In this document: positions 48,735-61,901 of the stretch, in pieces | How positions within the stretch are numbered: position 1 is the first letter of the stretch | Layout of the letters: every line of letters begins with the position of its first letter | Source: Tubiluchus corallicola | Lineage: Eukaryota > Animalia > Priapulida | Direction: 5' to 3' | NCBI GenBank assembly: GCA_030141605.1 | Contig: JAQGDQ010000182.1 | Span: 1-64,000, forward strand | Length of the DNA: 64,000 nt | Program-made: the position numbers and the translations under genes | Notes under the pieces: model-generated | Told to the model about the DNA's origin: nothing | The model's database searches: none | What the model saw: only the letters and a program-made list of their open reading frames with translations

Positions 48735-50457
48735 AAATGCCTAGACCAAGCTGATTCGTTTAAGTTAAACGTTGTCTGTTAGATGCCGAAACTTTAGATG
48801 CTTTATAAGTTTCCTGCTGAACACAAAATTAATCGATCAAAAATTTGTTATCAGTTTGATCTGCAAAGTGCGCTACAATACCCAAGCCGTTATAACTTAC
48901 CTGTTACCTGTTGCTACTCATCAATCAAAGCGTTCAGAGTGAATCTTGTCCATCTATCATCCACGTGACAGCTGCACATCAGCAGCTTGAGGTCGCAGAA
49001 GGTCATTTTATGAAGACCACCTAACAACAGAGTCCATCAAATTTCTGTCCCAAAGTCACCTTCTAGTCGTGTCAAAAGCAAATTGACAGATTGTTTGGGG
49101 AAAGCTGCTCTTAAGAAACTTGGAGAGTCGTCTTCCTTTCTACAAGCTGGTGGGTGGGAATTTGTTGTTACAGTATGGTCGGTGGGTTTTAATCAATCGG
49201 TTAGTAGACTGGTTGGACAGGTGGTTGATTTGTTAGTATGATACTGACAGCACTGTGTTAATTGCATAGTGAAGAATGAATTTTTTTTTGCATGTGCAGG
49301 TATACAAATGCTTGCGCAAATGCAAGCATTAATTAAAGCATTGTAGTAGTTCTCTCCCCATAACATCATGCACCAAGTACTAGGAAACATAAGTAGTCAC
49401 TTAATTACTTACCGAAAATCACGTAATCTAGTAAAATCTCTACAGTTATAGCACAGTGAGGCAGTGAAGAAATAAAGGTTCCATTGACTTAGTAGGAAGA
49501 AAAACTGTCCAGAGATTAGTCCGAGCTGCGGGTAAGTAATTACAAAAATAGTACCTAGTGAAGAAAAGCGGCTTACGGCAAGATTAATACTTGTCAAGTA
49601 TATTAAGTCTTTCGGTAAGAAGCGTTTCAGTTACGCAGTATAGACACCAACAAAGCGTCAAGATGTGCGATATACGTACCGCCGTCAAATTTCATTATAC
49701 TGGATTTAAATGTATATTTATTTATTTTACTCAATCAATCAATATCAAAATCTTAGTTATGCTTTAATTAATAGTAACTAATCAAACAAGCTTGTTTTTA
49801 TGAGAGTAAACACTTAGAAAATTCGCCTCATGTTCAAAATTTTACTTTTTAAAGTTATTGTACTAATATATATTGCAACGCTTTGTGGACTAATTACAAT
49901 ATCGGTGTACTCAATAGACTAAGAGTTGCTTACAATAACGGTGTTAGAAAATTGTTTAAATTAAGGTATGACTGCAGTGCATCTGATAAGTGTACCGCTC
50001 TTAGACTCAAAGCAAATTGAGCATGTACAAAGAAAGGCATCACATAGTATCCCGCACCGATTATTGTTTGACGTTCTAAATCAATTGTTTGTAACATTAG
50101 AAATGAATGACACATTTTTTTACAAAATGGCATAAATGACTGAGTCGTCGTAATGCGTTTTCATTGTAGTAAACAGTAATTATGTTAGTGAATTGATTTC
50201 ATGTGCATCGTTTTTTGTAGATAATTATGTAAATAGCGTGCCCTCTTATATGTATATTTTTGTACTTATATGCTCTATTTTATTGTAATTTCCGTAATTT
50301 TAGTCGTACGTTTTAATGTGTAGTCTTAATGTCTTACATGCACTTTATTTAGCTTATACATGTATGTGTGTTTTTATTTGGATTTTAAGACTGAAATGAA
50401 AGTCTGAATTGAATTGACTTGAATTAATTTAAAAAAGAACTTCATTGAATGACAAGG

Positions 50458-50550
50458 TCAACGACAACAACGACGACAGCAGCAACAGCAATAGCAACAA
50501 CAACGACAGTGACAATAACAACAGCAGTAGCAGGCAGCAATAACAGCAAC
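50458..50550. repeat. Degenerate (CAA/CAG)n repeat
   Basis: Visible directly in the sequence. Confidence 0.8.
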
Positions 50551-52810
50551 AGACTTTCATCTCAACCACACGTAACAATAAAAAACTGTGGTTTCGAGTG
50601 TCGCGATTTGTGAAGGTTATGCTCAAACTGGTTGACGTGAATCTAATTCTTTTAACGGGTGTCCAAGGACTCCTGCTGCCGGTTATCAAGAAAGCTTGTG
50701 ACACTGTAATTGCCGAATCCAGCTCCTATTGATGTTACGAACACCATGTAGAATAAGCAGGCACTAGTTCTTATTAGTTCAATTGTCCAAGACATTAACA
50801 GGACTTACACTGCAGTATAACTACCCGTTGTCACCATTAGCAGCAGGGGACAAAGCAATGAACGCAAATCAGTATCTACAGTGAATGCAAAATCAGTATA
50901 AGATCACGCGTTTGAAGGCTCTGGCTTTAAACGACTTTCTTATACAGTTCGGGTATTGTGCAAGCCAGAATGCAGTAATAAACCGTAGGGCCGGGTGGAA
51001 ATGGGGTATGGCGGGGTTAGAACATAGTTAAGTTTGTTAAGGAGTTCAAAAGTATGCAAACATCTTTAGCGAGAGAAACGCTAGAGGCAAAATTAGACGA
51101 TTTTTTAAGTTTGTACACTATCAAAATAAACCCCTTTTTATTTTAATTTATTTCTTTATTACAGATTCTTGTCTGTAGAAAAATCAATCAAACTATTCAC
51201 ATTCACAATAAAATATAATATATGTACATCATTAAAATAATTATAGTTAGAATATTGCCTTTTTGCAAGGGGCTTATAAGAAACAAAATGGAACAAGAAA
51301 TATCGTAAGCCTATTGCTAACGGTTGACAAGACCTCAAATGTGTTAAATTTCAAGATTCACTTCACACTCTGTGCTCGTTTGATAATACTTGGCTATCGG
51401 TCACTCAGAGTACTTGTTGAGTTATTTAAATGAAGATGTAAACTGTTGCTGTAGGTGCTTTTTGCCTGAAGATCCAAGTTGTTTGCTTGCAGCCGACTGG
51501 GATGGAGGATTTAGATATTTCATTTGACATACTTTATGAAGACTATAAAGAATACGTTTACTCTCGTGTTCTTTATCACATTCTCTAGCTATCTCCATCT
51601 ATTCCTTTCCTTGCCATTGATGTAGATTCCGACAAATGCTTCCCTGTTCACTCATTCACATTGGATTCGTCTTGTTTTTTTGTTGTAGTTCTTCTACACG
51701 GTCTTACTGTCCAAGACACGTGAAGACGTGTACAGAAGGTTTGCGAATGTATGTAGCAGGTGGATGTCTCTTGCTTTCAGGTTTCACGTGTCAAAACAAA
51801 GGCCACATCTTTGTATTCAGTACGTATCGCTTGTTGCTCTTGGTAAGAATCCAGTCATTTCGTAATATGTCAAGCAACCTCCAGGTAGATCTTGTGCCTT
51901 TATTTCTTGCCTACCGTCTCCAATCCATGCGATGATTGCATCTAAAGTACTCGAATATGTTCACTGGTGCCAGGGTAACCTCGTGGCACAGTACATTCAG
52001 CTTCTGTTGTCAGCAAGAAATGTTCAAATTGGTGCTTTCAGCTATCTGTGTTTAGCAAGAATAATTACTATTGGTATTTTTAACGTACTTGAATAGCTTT
52101 AGTAACGCTTACATCACAAACCGTAGAACATGCGTCTACCCCTCCCCAGAAAGAGTCGTATCCTTAAAATCTGGCAGTTACTAAAACCTGTCTTACAGGT
52201 GTCGTCAGACAATGCATTCAAGTTCACAAATTTACGACGCGTACATGATTCTGGCCCATGACTGTTAAAAAAATTCGGCATACCCATGGCATCCCAATAC
52301 ATTCAGAAAATCCGTGCGCTTTCCGAAGTTTCCCGAGCAAAAACGAACGGGAGTCTTAAGATTTGTACTCTAAAAGCAAACAACAAAAAGTAATCGAACA
52401 AGTCAAATAATTTATCTTTTGAAGTCGGTAGATTTTCTTTTATCTTTTATAATCATATTAATGGAAACGACGTTTTTATTTTGATATTTGGAGGTCACTT
52501 CTACGGTAGGTAATAGTAAAATTAAATTTTTAAATCGTTCATGCAAATTTTGGCAAATTAAAGGCTAAGATATTTTCATGCCTAATAAAATTAATTTCAC
52601 AGAAAATAAAAAACTGATGTAATAAGATTAAATAACATGTACTTTATTAATAAGTCGTGCTCAGTGCTTGAAATTTTTCATGCGCTCTTGTTCGTATAAT
52701 CAGTTAATCCTCTTGCCATTTTCTAGGAAAAGTTAATCAAATTTGCTGGTATAAAACTTCACAACAGTTTGTTAGGTTTTTTTCATAGACTGAAGAGGAA
52801 TGTCATTCAG

Positions 52811-53620
52811 ATTGATGAATCCAAGCCAGTGAAAATTGATGAATCGAGTGAAACCAAGTTGAATAATACACGCCAACAAAAATTAATGAATTATCCCAAG
52901 TCCGGTCAAGTTGATGAAAAACAGTTAACTGATTGTTTGTAAATCTAAAGGCAGTCCTAGGTTGACCTTGCGATGTAACGCAGCTGGCAACTGGCGGCTT
53001 ACGGTGCGCGGCATACGGAGCCGGCTAGTTCCGAGTTTATCCGGTCGACGTAAGCAGGCTTACGACGCAACTCAGTTCTAGGGAGTTACACTTTTCTACT
53101 CGCAGCATGCGGTATCTACCCAGTTCCGCTCGACCGTAACAACCTGAGTATTGTTCGCTAAGATTGGGGTCTGGTCAGAGATTTTTTCATTTGCGTACGC
53201 TTAGTCGTACTCGACCTGAGCAGTATTGCAACTCGCAGGAACTCGTATCTTCCTTGTTACATGCTGTTGCTGGAAATTAGTTGCAGTCTGCTTGAGCGTG
53301 TCTACGACTGTTTCCTGTAAAATGAGGCGAGTCACGTTGCATTCGTAAGTTGACCTAAGCTTGGCTTTGACGAACTCAACTCGGGCCCAGGTTGATAATC
53401 TGAATCAATTCAGATTCACGAATCTGAAGTAACCTAAACTGATGAAATGAAGACCCGAAATTATGTTGGTCTATATCAACCGAAGTTAGCTAACCCACTC
53501 ACTATGGTTAACGAATCTGATTTAACCCAGGACGTGACAAATTCAAATTAGCAGAGGCTGATCAAGCCAAGTCAAACCTATTTGATGAACCTAAGTCAAC
53601 ACAAGTTGAAAAATCCACAA
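52811..53620 (+). repeat. Highly diverged ~24-bp tandem array interrupted by a MITE
   Basis: Example units: ATTGATGAATCCAAGCCAGTGAAA (52811), GTTAACGAATCTGATTTAACCCAG (53507), GCTGATCAAGCCAAGTCAAACCTA (53557), TTTGATGAACCTAAGTCAACACAA (53581). Confidence 0.7.
52947..53368. mobile_element. GC-rich MITE, PIF/Harbinger-like termini
   Basis: AAAGGCAGTCCTAGGTTGACCTTGCGATGTAACG pairs imperfectly with CGTTGCATTCGTAAGTTGACCTAAGCTTGGCTTT. Confidence 0.7.
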
Positions 53621-55394
53621 TAGTGACTGAATTAAAGTGCATGTATAATATGTAGTCTGTAGGATCCGTGTTGAATCCAAGACAACTTGATTTAATCAGC
53701 AATAAGTCAGTTAGAATAAACCCAAAAAACTTTTCAGACAGAATTGTTGATTCAGTACTAACAAAAGTTACAAATTCACTGCCTGTTGCTCATTTTTTTA
53801 GTTTACTTTGCAAGGAAAGATAGCAACAGTTTATACATATGAAGTTAATCCATAGCACAAAAACCTAGTAGCTGATCAAACATTGACATGTCTTCTATTT
53901 GAAAAACATTTCAACTTGCATATGATGCACGTTTACCCATGTAATCGTCTCATCCCATCCTCCCCTAATTGTTACAAATTCGTCTCATCATACCGCTAGA
54001 TTAAACCTGATTATTTACTTTCAGCGGGTAGATTTACCTTCAATTTTGCACTGAACGCTTTGGCTTCTACTGATACTGTGCAGCAGCAACCATAGCGCAA
54101 ACAGTATCCACTAATTGAATAAGTTAGCCACGCAATTGGATTAAGCATTCTCGCAGTAACAAACAATTCAGCGGACAATTAGCAAGAGAGAAGGAGAAAA
54201 GAGAACGCTTCGCGTGCGTTCCACAATTCTGAGAAGCTCATCCTGTTGCTCAACTTTAAGAGTAATGCAATCAGATAGATTCTGCTGCTTGTGAGACTGA
54301 TCAGTTTTGCTGAATGAAAGTTGGTCCAAAATGCTCATTAGACAATTCTTCAAATTACTCGTGCAGCAACTGGATTTGCACTTTTCGTTTACTTGATTAA
54401 AAGCTGGGATCAAGTAAAATCAAGAATGATTTATACTTAAGGATGGTTCTTAAAATAATTGTTTTTTCTCCTCCAAGAGCGAAATGATCGACCTTGTATT
54501 TTTTCTGGATATTTATTCAGTATTATTTCTCTGGGGTCTGCCAAATTAGATATAAAGGCTACGTAACTTTCAAAACGTTACTGCAGCTTTCATAATTATA
54601 GTTAGAAATAAAACTTGTTACCACATTTGTTGTTCGTGTAAAATTTTTATTGAAAGTATTTAACGCTTGTTGTAAAAAAGATTGTTAAAACGAACTGATT
54701 TGTGATTTTAACACCACACAAACAAGCTTACAATAGATTACAAAGCTTTCTCATACGGCTTAAACCTAAGGAAACTTTGGTCATTTCAAGAGCCTTTGAC
54801 ACTTTTTAGTAAAATTCATATATCTGCAATTAGCGAAGCAAAAAGTTCTATTTCTAATTATCATTTAGTCACTACTGTCATACAGTTTCATTTAGCTTTG
54901 TACGTTCCTTGCTGAAAATGCTCGTGCATTTAATGAAATAAACAAGAACAAGAAGAAGATAAACAGATGAGGAGCGATTTGGCTCGAGCCTCGACCAAAA
55001 ATACGCCAACGACAAGCAAAACGACTTTACAAAATTTACCGAGCATTTCCCAGAAACCTTGTGGTTAAGCTCTGCAACGAATACGCCTGAGCCTGCAGTT
55101 CAAAACGGAAGTTTTGCGCCAGGTAGTTGTAATTGTCAAGCCTTATTCTTGGTCAGATTATTTTTCGTTTTTAAAGTTCTTCATGAGTGTATTCTGAAAA
55201 TACGTAAACTTCTTAGGTGACGTAAAATTATAACGATTTTAATATGTTTAATTATTAATGCTTAATAGCATCATTAATTCCGAACTTAAGTAATTAAGAC
55301 TTTAACTAAAATGCTGCTAATTAAACGCTCTTGTAAAAAGCCCACAAGAAGAAAAATTTAGACTGTAATTTGATTGAATTTCTACATTCAGCTG

Positions 55395-55686
55395 TAAAGG
55401 CTGGAGTTGAAACCCATCCCGGGTTTTGTTCAAACTCGAACTCCAGTGAAAGCCATGTCCATTCTTTTACTAATTGCACCAGCGCGACTCTTGATCAGAC
55501 GGTCCGGAAGTGACGTCATTGATAGCGTGCAAAATACAGACTTCTGAACAATAAAGCCCAAGCATTAAGCAAAAAAAAATCGACTGCCTTTTGAAAAGCT
55601 CATGTAAAAATAGTAATAATTTCAGCTGTAATAGTGGCGAATAATTCGACATGGAGGCAGCCGCCCTCACTCATTGCCTGCTTTAA
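55395..55686. mobile_element. Possible Kolobok-like non-autonomous element
   Basis: TAAAGG...GCTTTAA ends with an internal CCGGAAGTGACGTCA; TIR weak. Confidence 0.35.
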
Positions 55687-58600
55687 AACTAAAAATATGA
55701 AGGATGATGTCGTCGTGTGAAATATAGGAAATAACGGCTAGCCATCCTTGAGTTCGCAGTGCGTTTCGAACAGAAGATAATTAAAGTAGGAGCATATAGG
55801 TCCAATAAATACGTATCATTGGTAACAGACCAAAAAGAATCTGGCTATGATGTTAAGAACATAAAATTAAAAATAGGAAGCCGCGGTTTTATCAGCCCTG
55901 AAAGCTTCAAAAGCTAAAACATTTCTTAGTGACAATCGGAATAAAGCGTCCGTTGGTTAAATCTTTACTTAATAAGCAGAGTAAGTTGGGCGTTGCTCAT
56001 CAAGATCAATAATTTATTCAAACTCGGAGAACTTGGAACAGCGTCAGACTGCTAGAATTTAATAACTCCAGATCTTAAAATCGCTGTTGTTAAGTTAAAC
56101 GTGTCTATCCTTTTTTACTTACTTAAAACTGTTTGCTTTTTAATACTTTAATTATAAAACATTTTAGATTATTTTGTATTATATCTTACCTTATTATTGA
56201 GATTACTCATAAGTCGCTGTTTTCTGAGTGTTTTAAATTGCGTCTTTTATATTTTTTGATACCATTTCACGTTACCTTGACCAACTTTTTATGATTTTAC
56301 TATGTATGGTATCGATATGTCTTAAAACTGCTCGTTCTTATTAAAATTTTAAATAAATGTCATGAATAATAAGCCATGTTCAAATCTCAATAAGAAAAAT
56401 AATTTATTTAAATTATTTTAATATTAATTAATAACAATAATCATTATTATTCACAAATGCTCATTTTACTTTTAGTTTTTTGTCAGTAGCGTTGTCAGCG
56501 TCGTCGCCGTCGTCATCGTTGGCACCAAATAAAGTGTTTTTTTGCGAAGCTACCTCGCTACTTAGTTTTACTTCTGCCACTTCTGTAATTCATGGCATTA
56601 TTATTGAATTTCACAGTCATTTTTAAAATTATCACTATTGATGCAAGTCACGAAACTACTGACGATTGTGTAAAAGTACGTAAAGGTGAAAAAATGTAGT
56701 ACGTCTTATTTTTAGATACCAATAGTTAATCAGCAGTATTCCACATTTGGTCAAAAACGGAAAATTAGAGCTAAATTTTAACTTAATTTTAATCTTAAAT
56801 AAAAACAGTGGTGGATCTGCACGGCATGTCACATTTTTATCAGGAAAACTCTATATGGGCAGAAGATGGTAATCCACACAGTGTACATATAACTTGCGTG
56901 GCCTTGTACTGACACGCAGCCTAACGTGTTGCTTGAATGGTAGGCAAGGTAGGACAGCTGGACAGGTGGATACGTTCAGGATAGATCTAATATTTGTATG
57001 CCTTATCAAAAATTAATGTTGTTGACTAAGAAACTTTTATACGATGGCGCTTTCTAATCAGCTACCTAGTAATACTTACCAATGAAGCCCAGTCGTACAT
57101 GCAGTCATGAGATTATAAAAGGTCTACTGCACTTATACTACACATTGGTTTCCTAAGCCTTTACATTGATACGAGCATTTGCTGTCCGTCTACACAGGCT
57201 TGTCTGTTCGACAAAAGACAGTGACAAGAAAGTGGCATTTCTTAAATTTTCTGTGGTTATATTGGATTTATATATTGGGTAGTTTGCTGCTAGCTTAATA
57301 CGATTGTGCTATACAAGCGGTTTAATGTTGTAAATCACTGTGATTATTAAATAGACAATCATTTCCAGTTTATTATAGGGATTTAAGAAGTAAAGCGCGT
57401 CGTGCCACTTTGCGAGTTACTTTCCTTCTCAAGCTTAAAAAGTTAAGCCTCTTTGTTAAAAAATCGTTTGGTAAAAATCATTCCTAAAAGAACTCTAGAC
57501 CTTGAACTCTCTGGTCTCCTACAAACGACTGCACAAAATATTGAATCGCAGTTGAAATTTGGTTCAACACCAGCGCAAGTTTATTGTCCAACCGGTCCAT
57601 TCAAGCGTATTTTAATTAAAATTCGTTGGCCATAAATAAATACACATCTAGAAGTGGCTGCAATATTTTGCACATCCAAAGAGAGGCTATGCAATTTCCA
57701 CATCGTAGCCAGGGGCGCATGAGAATTCGTAATAATTATCATCGTCATGCACTGATGTTTGAGTTCTGGCAATAAATCTGAACTGAAAAGACCAATAAGC
57801 GAGATCTGTTATTAAAAATACTTTCTAACGGTTACCTAAGCAGTTGTATTTACATAAGAAAGCCCGAGGCTAGCACCCTGTACGCTGTGCATGGATCCGG
57901 ATCGAACATCCATCAATTAAGCGTATGTAAATTTTTTCATTAACTTAATCACAACGTAGATTTACAACATCAGTGCTGATCTGAAAGTGATATAGGCTGA
58001 TATTAGAATCGCTAATTAAATTTCTAGCTGCTTTTTTAAGTTGATTTGCGTAGTCTCCGCAAAATAAGTTTCAGAGTTTTTTCTAACCACAAATATGATT
58101 TTTCTGCTTCATTTTCTTACCATTGACGTATTTTGTGCCTTTTGTTTTTGTCGTTGTAGGCGACGTAATCATTAACATCGTAATTAGTATAGTCAGTCTC
58201 AGCAGTAATAGCGGTCCATGCAAATGCAATGTGTAATACATGTAGTGTTGTTGGTAGTTATTTTTGAAGCTGTGGAGGTAATGGCGGTTATTATTTTGTA
58301 TTAATATTCTTTATTGCTGGAAATGTTACATATAATGTAAACGTAGAATTAAAATCTTATTTACATTAAAAGTTGTATGTAAGCAGTTTATAAAAAGCTG
58401 ATAAAAGCAATAGTGTCGCTATCATAAAAAAGGCCTACACACTCAAACTAACATGCACTTACAAATAAAACTAAAACTATATCCAAATGAGTAGAAAAAT
58501 TACAAAATGTACATAAATTACAAACATTAAGAACTAAATTAAAAATATATACATATTACAAATTAAAGGAAATTTAAAAAATATACGAAATACATGGACA

Positions 58601-58769
58601 CCGAGGTATTAATTTAAGTAAAAAAACAATTAGCAGTTTTATAGGAGAAAATATTTATGTATATGCAATATATTTTAGTTACATATGTCAATTAGAGAGT
58701 TTCAGTTCATTACTGCTTGGTTTTTATATATTCACTATGTGCATAATTTTATCATTTACATAGTTTGAA

Positions 58770-58870
58770 CGATTATAATTAGTAAGGAGAGTATCTTTCA
58801 GTTTACTTTTAAAGGAGCTGGCAGTTTGGGCTGTTTTAACGTTAATTGGTAGGGAATTCCAAAATTGATG
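58770..58870 (-). mobile_element. LINE ORF2 extreme C-terminal remnant
   Basis: The minus strand reads FWNSLPINVKTAQTASSFKSKLKDTLLTNY. Confidence 0.6.
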
Positions 58871-59904
58871 TTGGGTTGGTATTGTTTTTAAGCAATCGGT
58901 AAAATTATCCGTAGAGTTGGTATTAGTTGGGATACTTGTGGTATTGGTAGTGACTCTGCTGCTGTCCAGTTTGTGTTGGCGATTCCACTACACGACGTTG
59001 TGAAACCATTCTCATAGTTTTTCATAATTTACTTCATCGATGACGAAATTCGTGATTTCGTGTGCTATAACCGAAGTAGTCATTGTCCAGAGTAGCAGCA
59101 CGCAGGGAATTTGTACGTTGGACCTTGTACATCCCATCAAAGATCGTGACAGGCTGCATTTACGCAGTAGAAGCTCTTCGCCCAGAGGGTAAGTTTGCTG
59201 TTTATGGCTCTTTCTCTCTCTCTCTGATAAGAATGCAATCATTTCCTTCAATTTGGAATCACTGGTAAAGAACTGTGTCTGAGCAACCGGCATCTGCGTC
59301 GACTTCATATCAGTTTTATCTGGCCGTTAGTTTGCAGTCGAATCGTGTTCTGTAAAGCGCTCCTTCATTGCCGTGGATATCAGGTTCCTCTTGGGCACAG
59401 TTAGCGCCCTTTCTGTATTGACTAAGTTGTGAAGTTGTGCCACTTTTATATGAACACGTAAAGGTATGAACTTGTGGCACTGACAGAGCATATCATGCAC
59501 TTTATGAGGGTTTATTCTTTTCTATTTTGTATAATAAACACGTGTAAATTTGTACCGCTAAGTAGATGAAAATCACTGGTGGTGAGTAATTCAGCTAAGT
59601 TTATTGGCTCGACCTTTTAAAATATTAGGATACAAACATTACTTGGATATAAGCAATTTTTTACACAGTTTTGCATTCTACAGACACATCAATCTAGACA
59701 CAACATTGTAGACATAACGTTTCTCATCGGCGTTAATTAACTGGTGGCGTTTTTAATGTGTTATATGTTGACAGGTGACGAGTCAAACAACCCCTCTCAA
59801 ACACTAAAGAGCTTTTCAAATGTTGCACTTTTGAGTACAAGTGTCAGTTCTTCATGCACACTGAATAATTCCCGTTAAGTGCTGACTTTCGACTTGCAGT
59901 GTGC

Positions 59905-60545
59905 TGAACAGAAATGCAAATATCTTGGCAGTCTGTTAGGCACTGAAAAAGAGAAGGAGTTTACAATTCCCCACACAATTTAAATACCCTACCGTACCGT
60001 GGGAATTGTAAACTTGAGCCTGAAGAAGATATCAAAAGAAGGAAAATATTGGAACTAACGGCTTTCTCAAAATTTAAAAATATCTTCAATAAGAAGTACA
60101 TTTGTCTAAGGTTCGAGGCTGTAAACTTAGGATTTTCAACATATACATATCTCCCATTTTTCTATACAATTCGGAATTACAGACCTTGAAAGTAAATAAT
60201 CTGCTGGAGATTGATGCTTTTCAACGACAATTGATCATTATTGCAAATAAAATGGCCAAATAATATAAGTAACAAAGATTTGTACGACAAAGTCAAGGAC
60301 AAAAATGGGCCAAGAAGAAAAAATACAGTAGACTTAACTGGATGGGTCGTTCTTTGAGATTAAAGCCTTCCATGAATCAACTGAATCATTTAAGACGCCA
60401 AGGGGAGGCAGGTTGCTCACATGGATGGATTTTACACAAAAAGACCTCAATGGAACACCTCTAATTTTGAAAAACTTCATCATTTAGAGTAGAACAAGAA
60501 CGTACCGTGTGGCGGCAGAAAGTGGACAGTGGTAATGTCACTGGA
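59905..60545 (+). mobile_element. RTE-like LINE 3' remnant with a small hairpin insertion
   Basis: Broken translation KCKYLGSLLGTE|EDIKRRK..AFSKFKNIF / KLRIFNIYISPIFLYNSEL..IDAFQRQL / KWPNNISNKDLY / RLNWMG. Confidence 0.8.
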
Positions 60546-60855
60546 CGATTGATACACGCCATGTGATATGATGATCGAATGGTGTAAAAGAGTTAAATGC
60601 ACTAGTATTGACATCGCAACTTTGTAATGTTGCTGCGAACAAATCACGAACATCATGTTTTTGTGATATTAACAGCATGCGAAGTTAATATGCCTGGCTA
60701 GAAAAAGTTACCAGACTTATAGGGTCAAATTTACTAAAATAAATGAAATGTTCGTGTAATTATGATAACAAATTTTGTATGTTAAGTTTAGTCCTGGCCG
60801 ATATTACCTTCTCTAGTGTCATTATCTTAAGCATTCTAAGAACATTATGATATAG

Positions 60856-61269
60856 TTTTCATTTATTTTTAAAACTCAACAGTGATTTAGTGTCTTTGAC
60901 ATTACTTCACAAGATATACCATAAAGCAGAACTCTGATAAGTAATAATAGGTTTCATAATATCAGTTCTTATTTTCAGAACATATGGTAATCACTGAGTT
61001 ACCTAATATTTCACATATAAATATTATATAAATAAATAAATAAATATAAATAAATATATTATAAATAAGTTATAAATAAAATAGTTCATAAATAAAATAA
61101 AAATATTATAATATAATTTTCATCTCCTTTTTAAAACTCAAAAGCAGTGATTTAGTTTCTTTGACATTACATGGCAAGTTATTCCGCAAAAATAGAACTC
61201 TGATAAGTAATGTGTTTTATAATGTCAATTCTTATTTTTGAAAAATGATAATCGTTGAACTACCTAATA
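60856..61269. repeat. ~153-bp direct repeat (60856-61008; 61117-61269) separated by an A/T-rich low-complexity spacer
   Basis: Both copies share AAAACTCAA..CAGTGATTTAGT.TCTTTGACATTAC...AGAACTCTGATAAGTAAT...TACCTAATA. Confidence 0.85.
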
Positions 61270-61700
61270 ATGTAATTATAAAGGGTATTATTTCTTTAGA
61301 ATACCTTGGCGAAAATATAGCAGCAGACTATTAAAATGGTTATGAACAAAACATTAATACACCGATTTTTGCAACCAATATAATATTAAATGCAGGCGAA
61401 AATCTTTAAAGCAAATGTGAGTTACAACGACCTTACGGATACTTTATCAAGCTTCTATTTATTAAATATTTTCGCCATGTTACTCACGTTTTGACAATGG
61501 CGCATATGAAGGGAAGATAAGGCAAGGGAAGGGAAGGGAAGATGAGGAATGGCGAAAAACGAATGGACATGAGAAGAAAAACATAAAATGACGAAAATAT
61601 TTATTTTTAACAAATGATCTAAAAATTGATAGAAACCCCATGTAAGTTGCAATAAGTTATTTCGAGCAAGACTACAGAGAGATTAGGTATGGAAGAAAAA

Positions 61701-61901
<201 letters not shown>

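Noticed and set aside
47610-53620. Regular short repeats (21-bp and 24-bp) as CRISPR-like arrays
   Set aside because: Units are contiguous with no unique spacers, there are no cas genes, and the context is eukaryotic.
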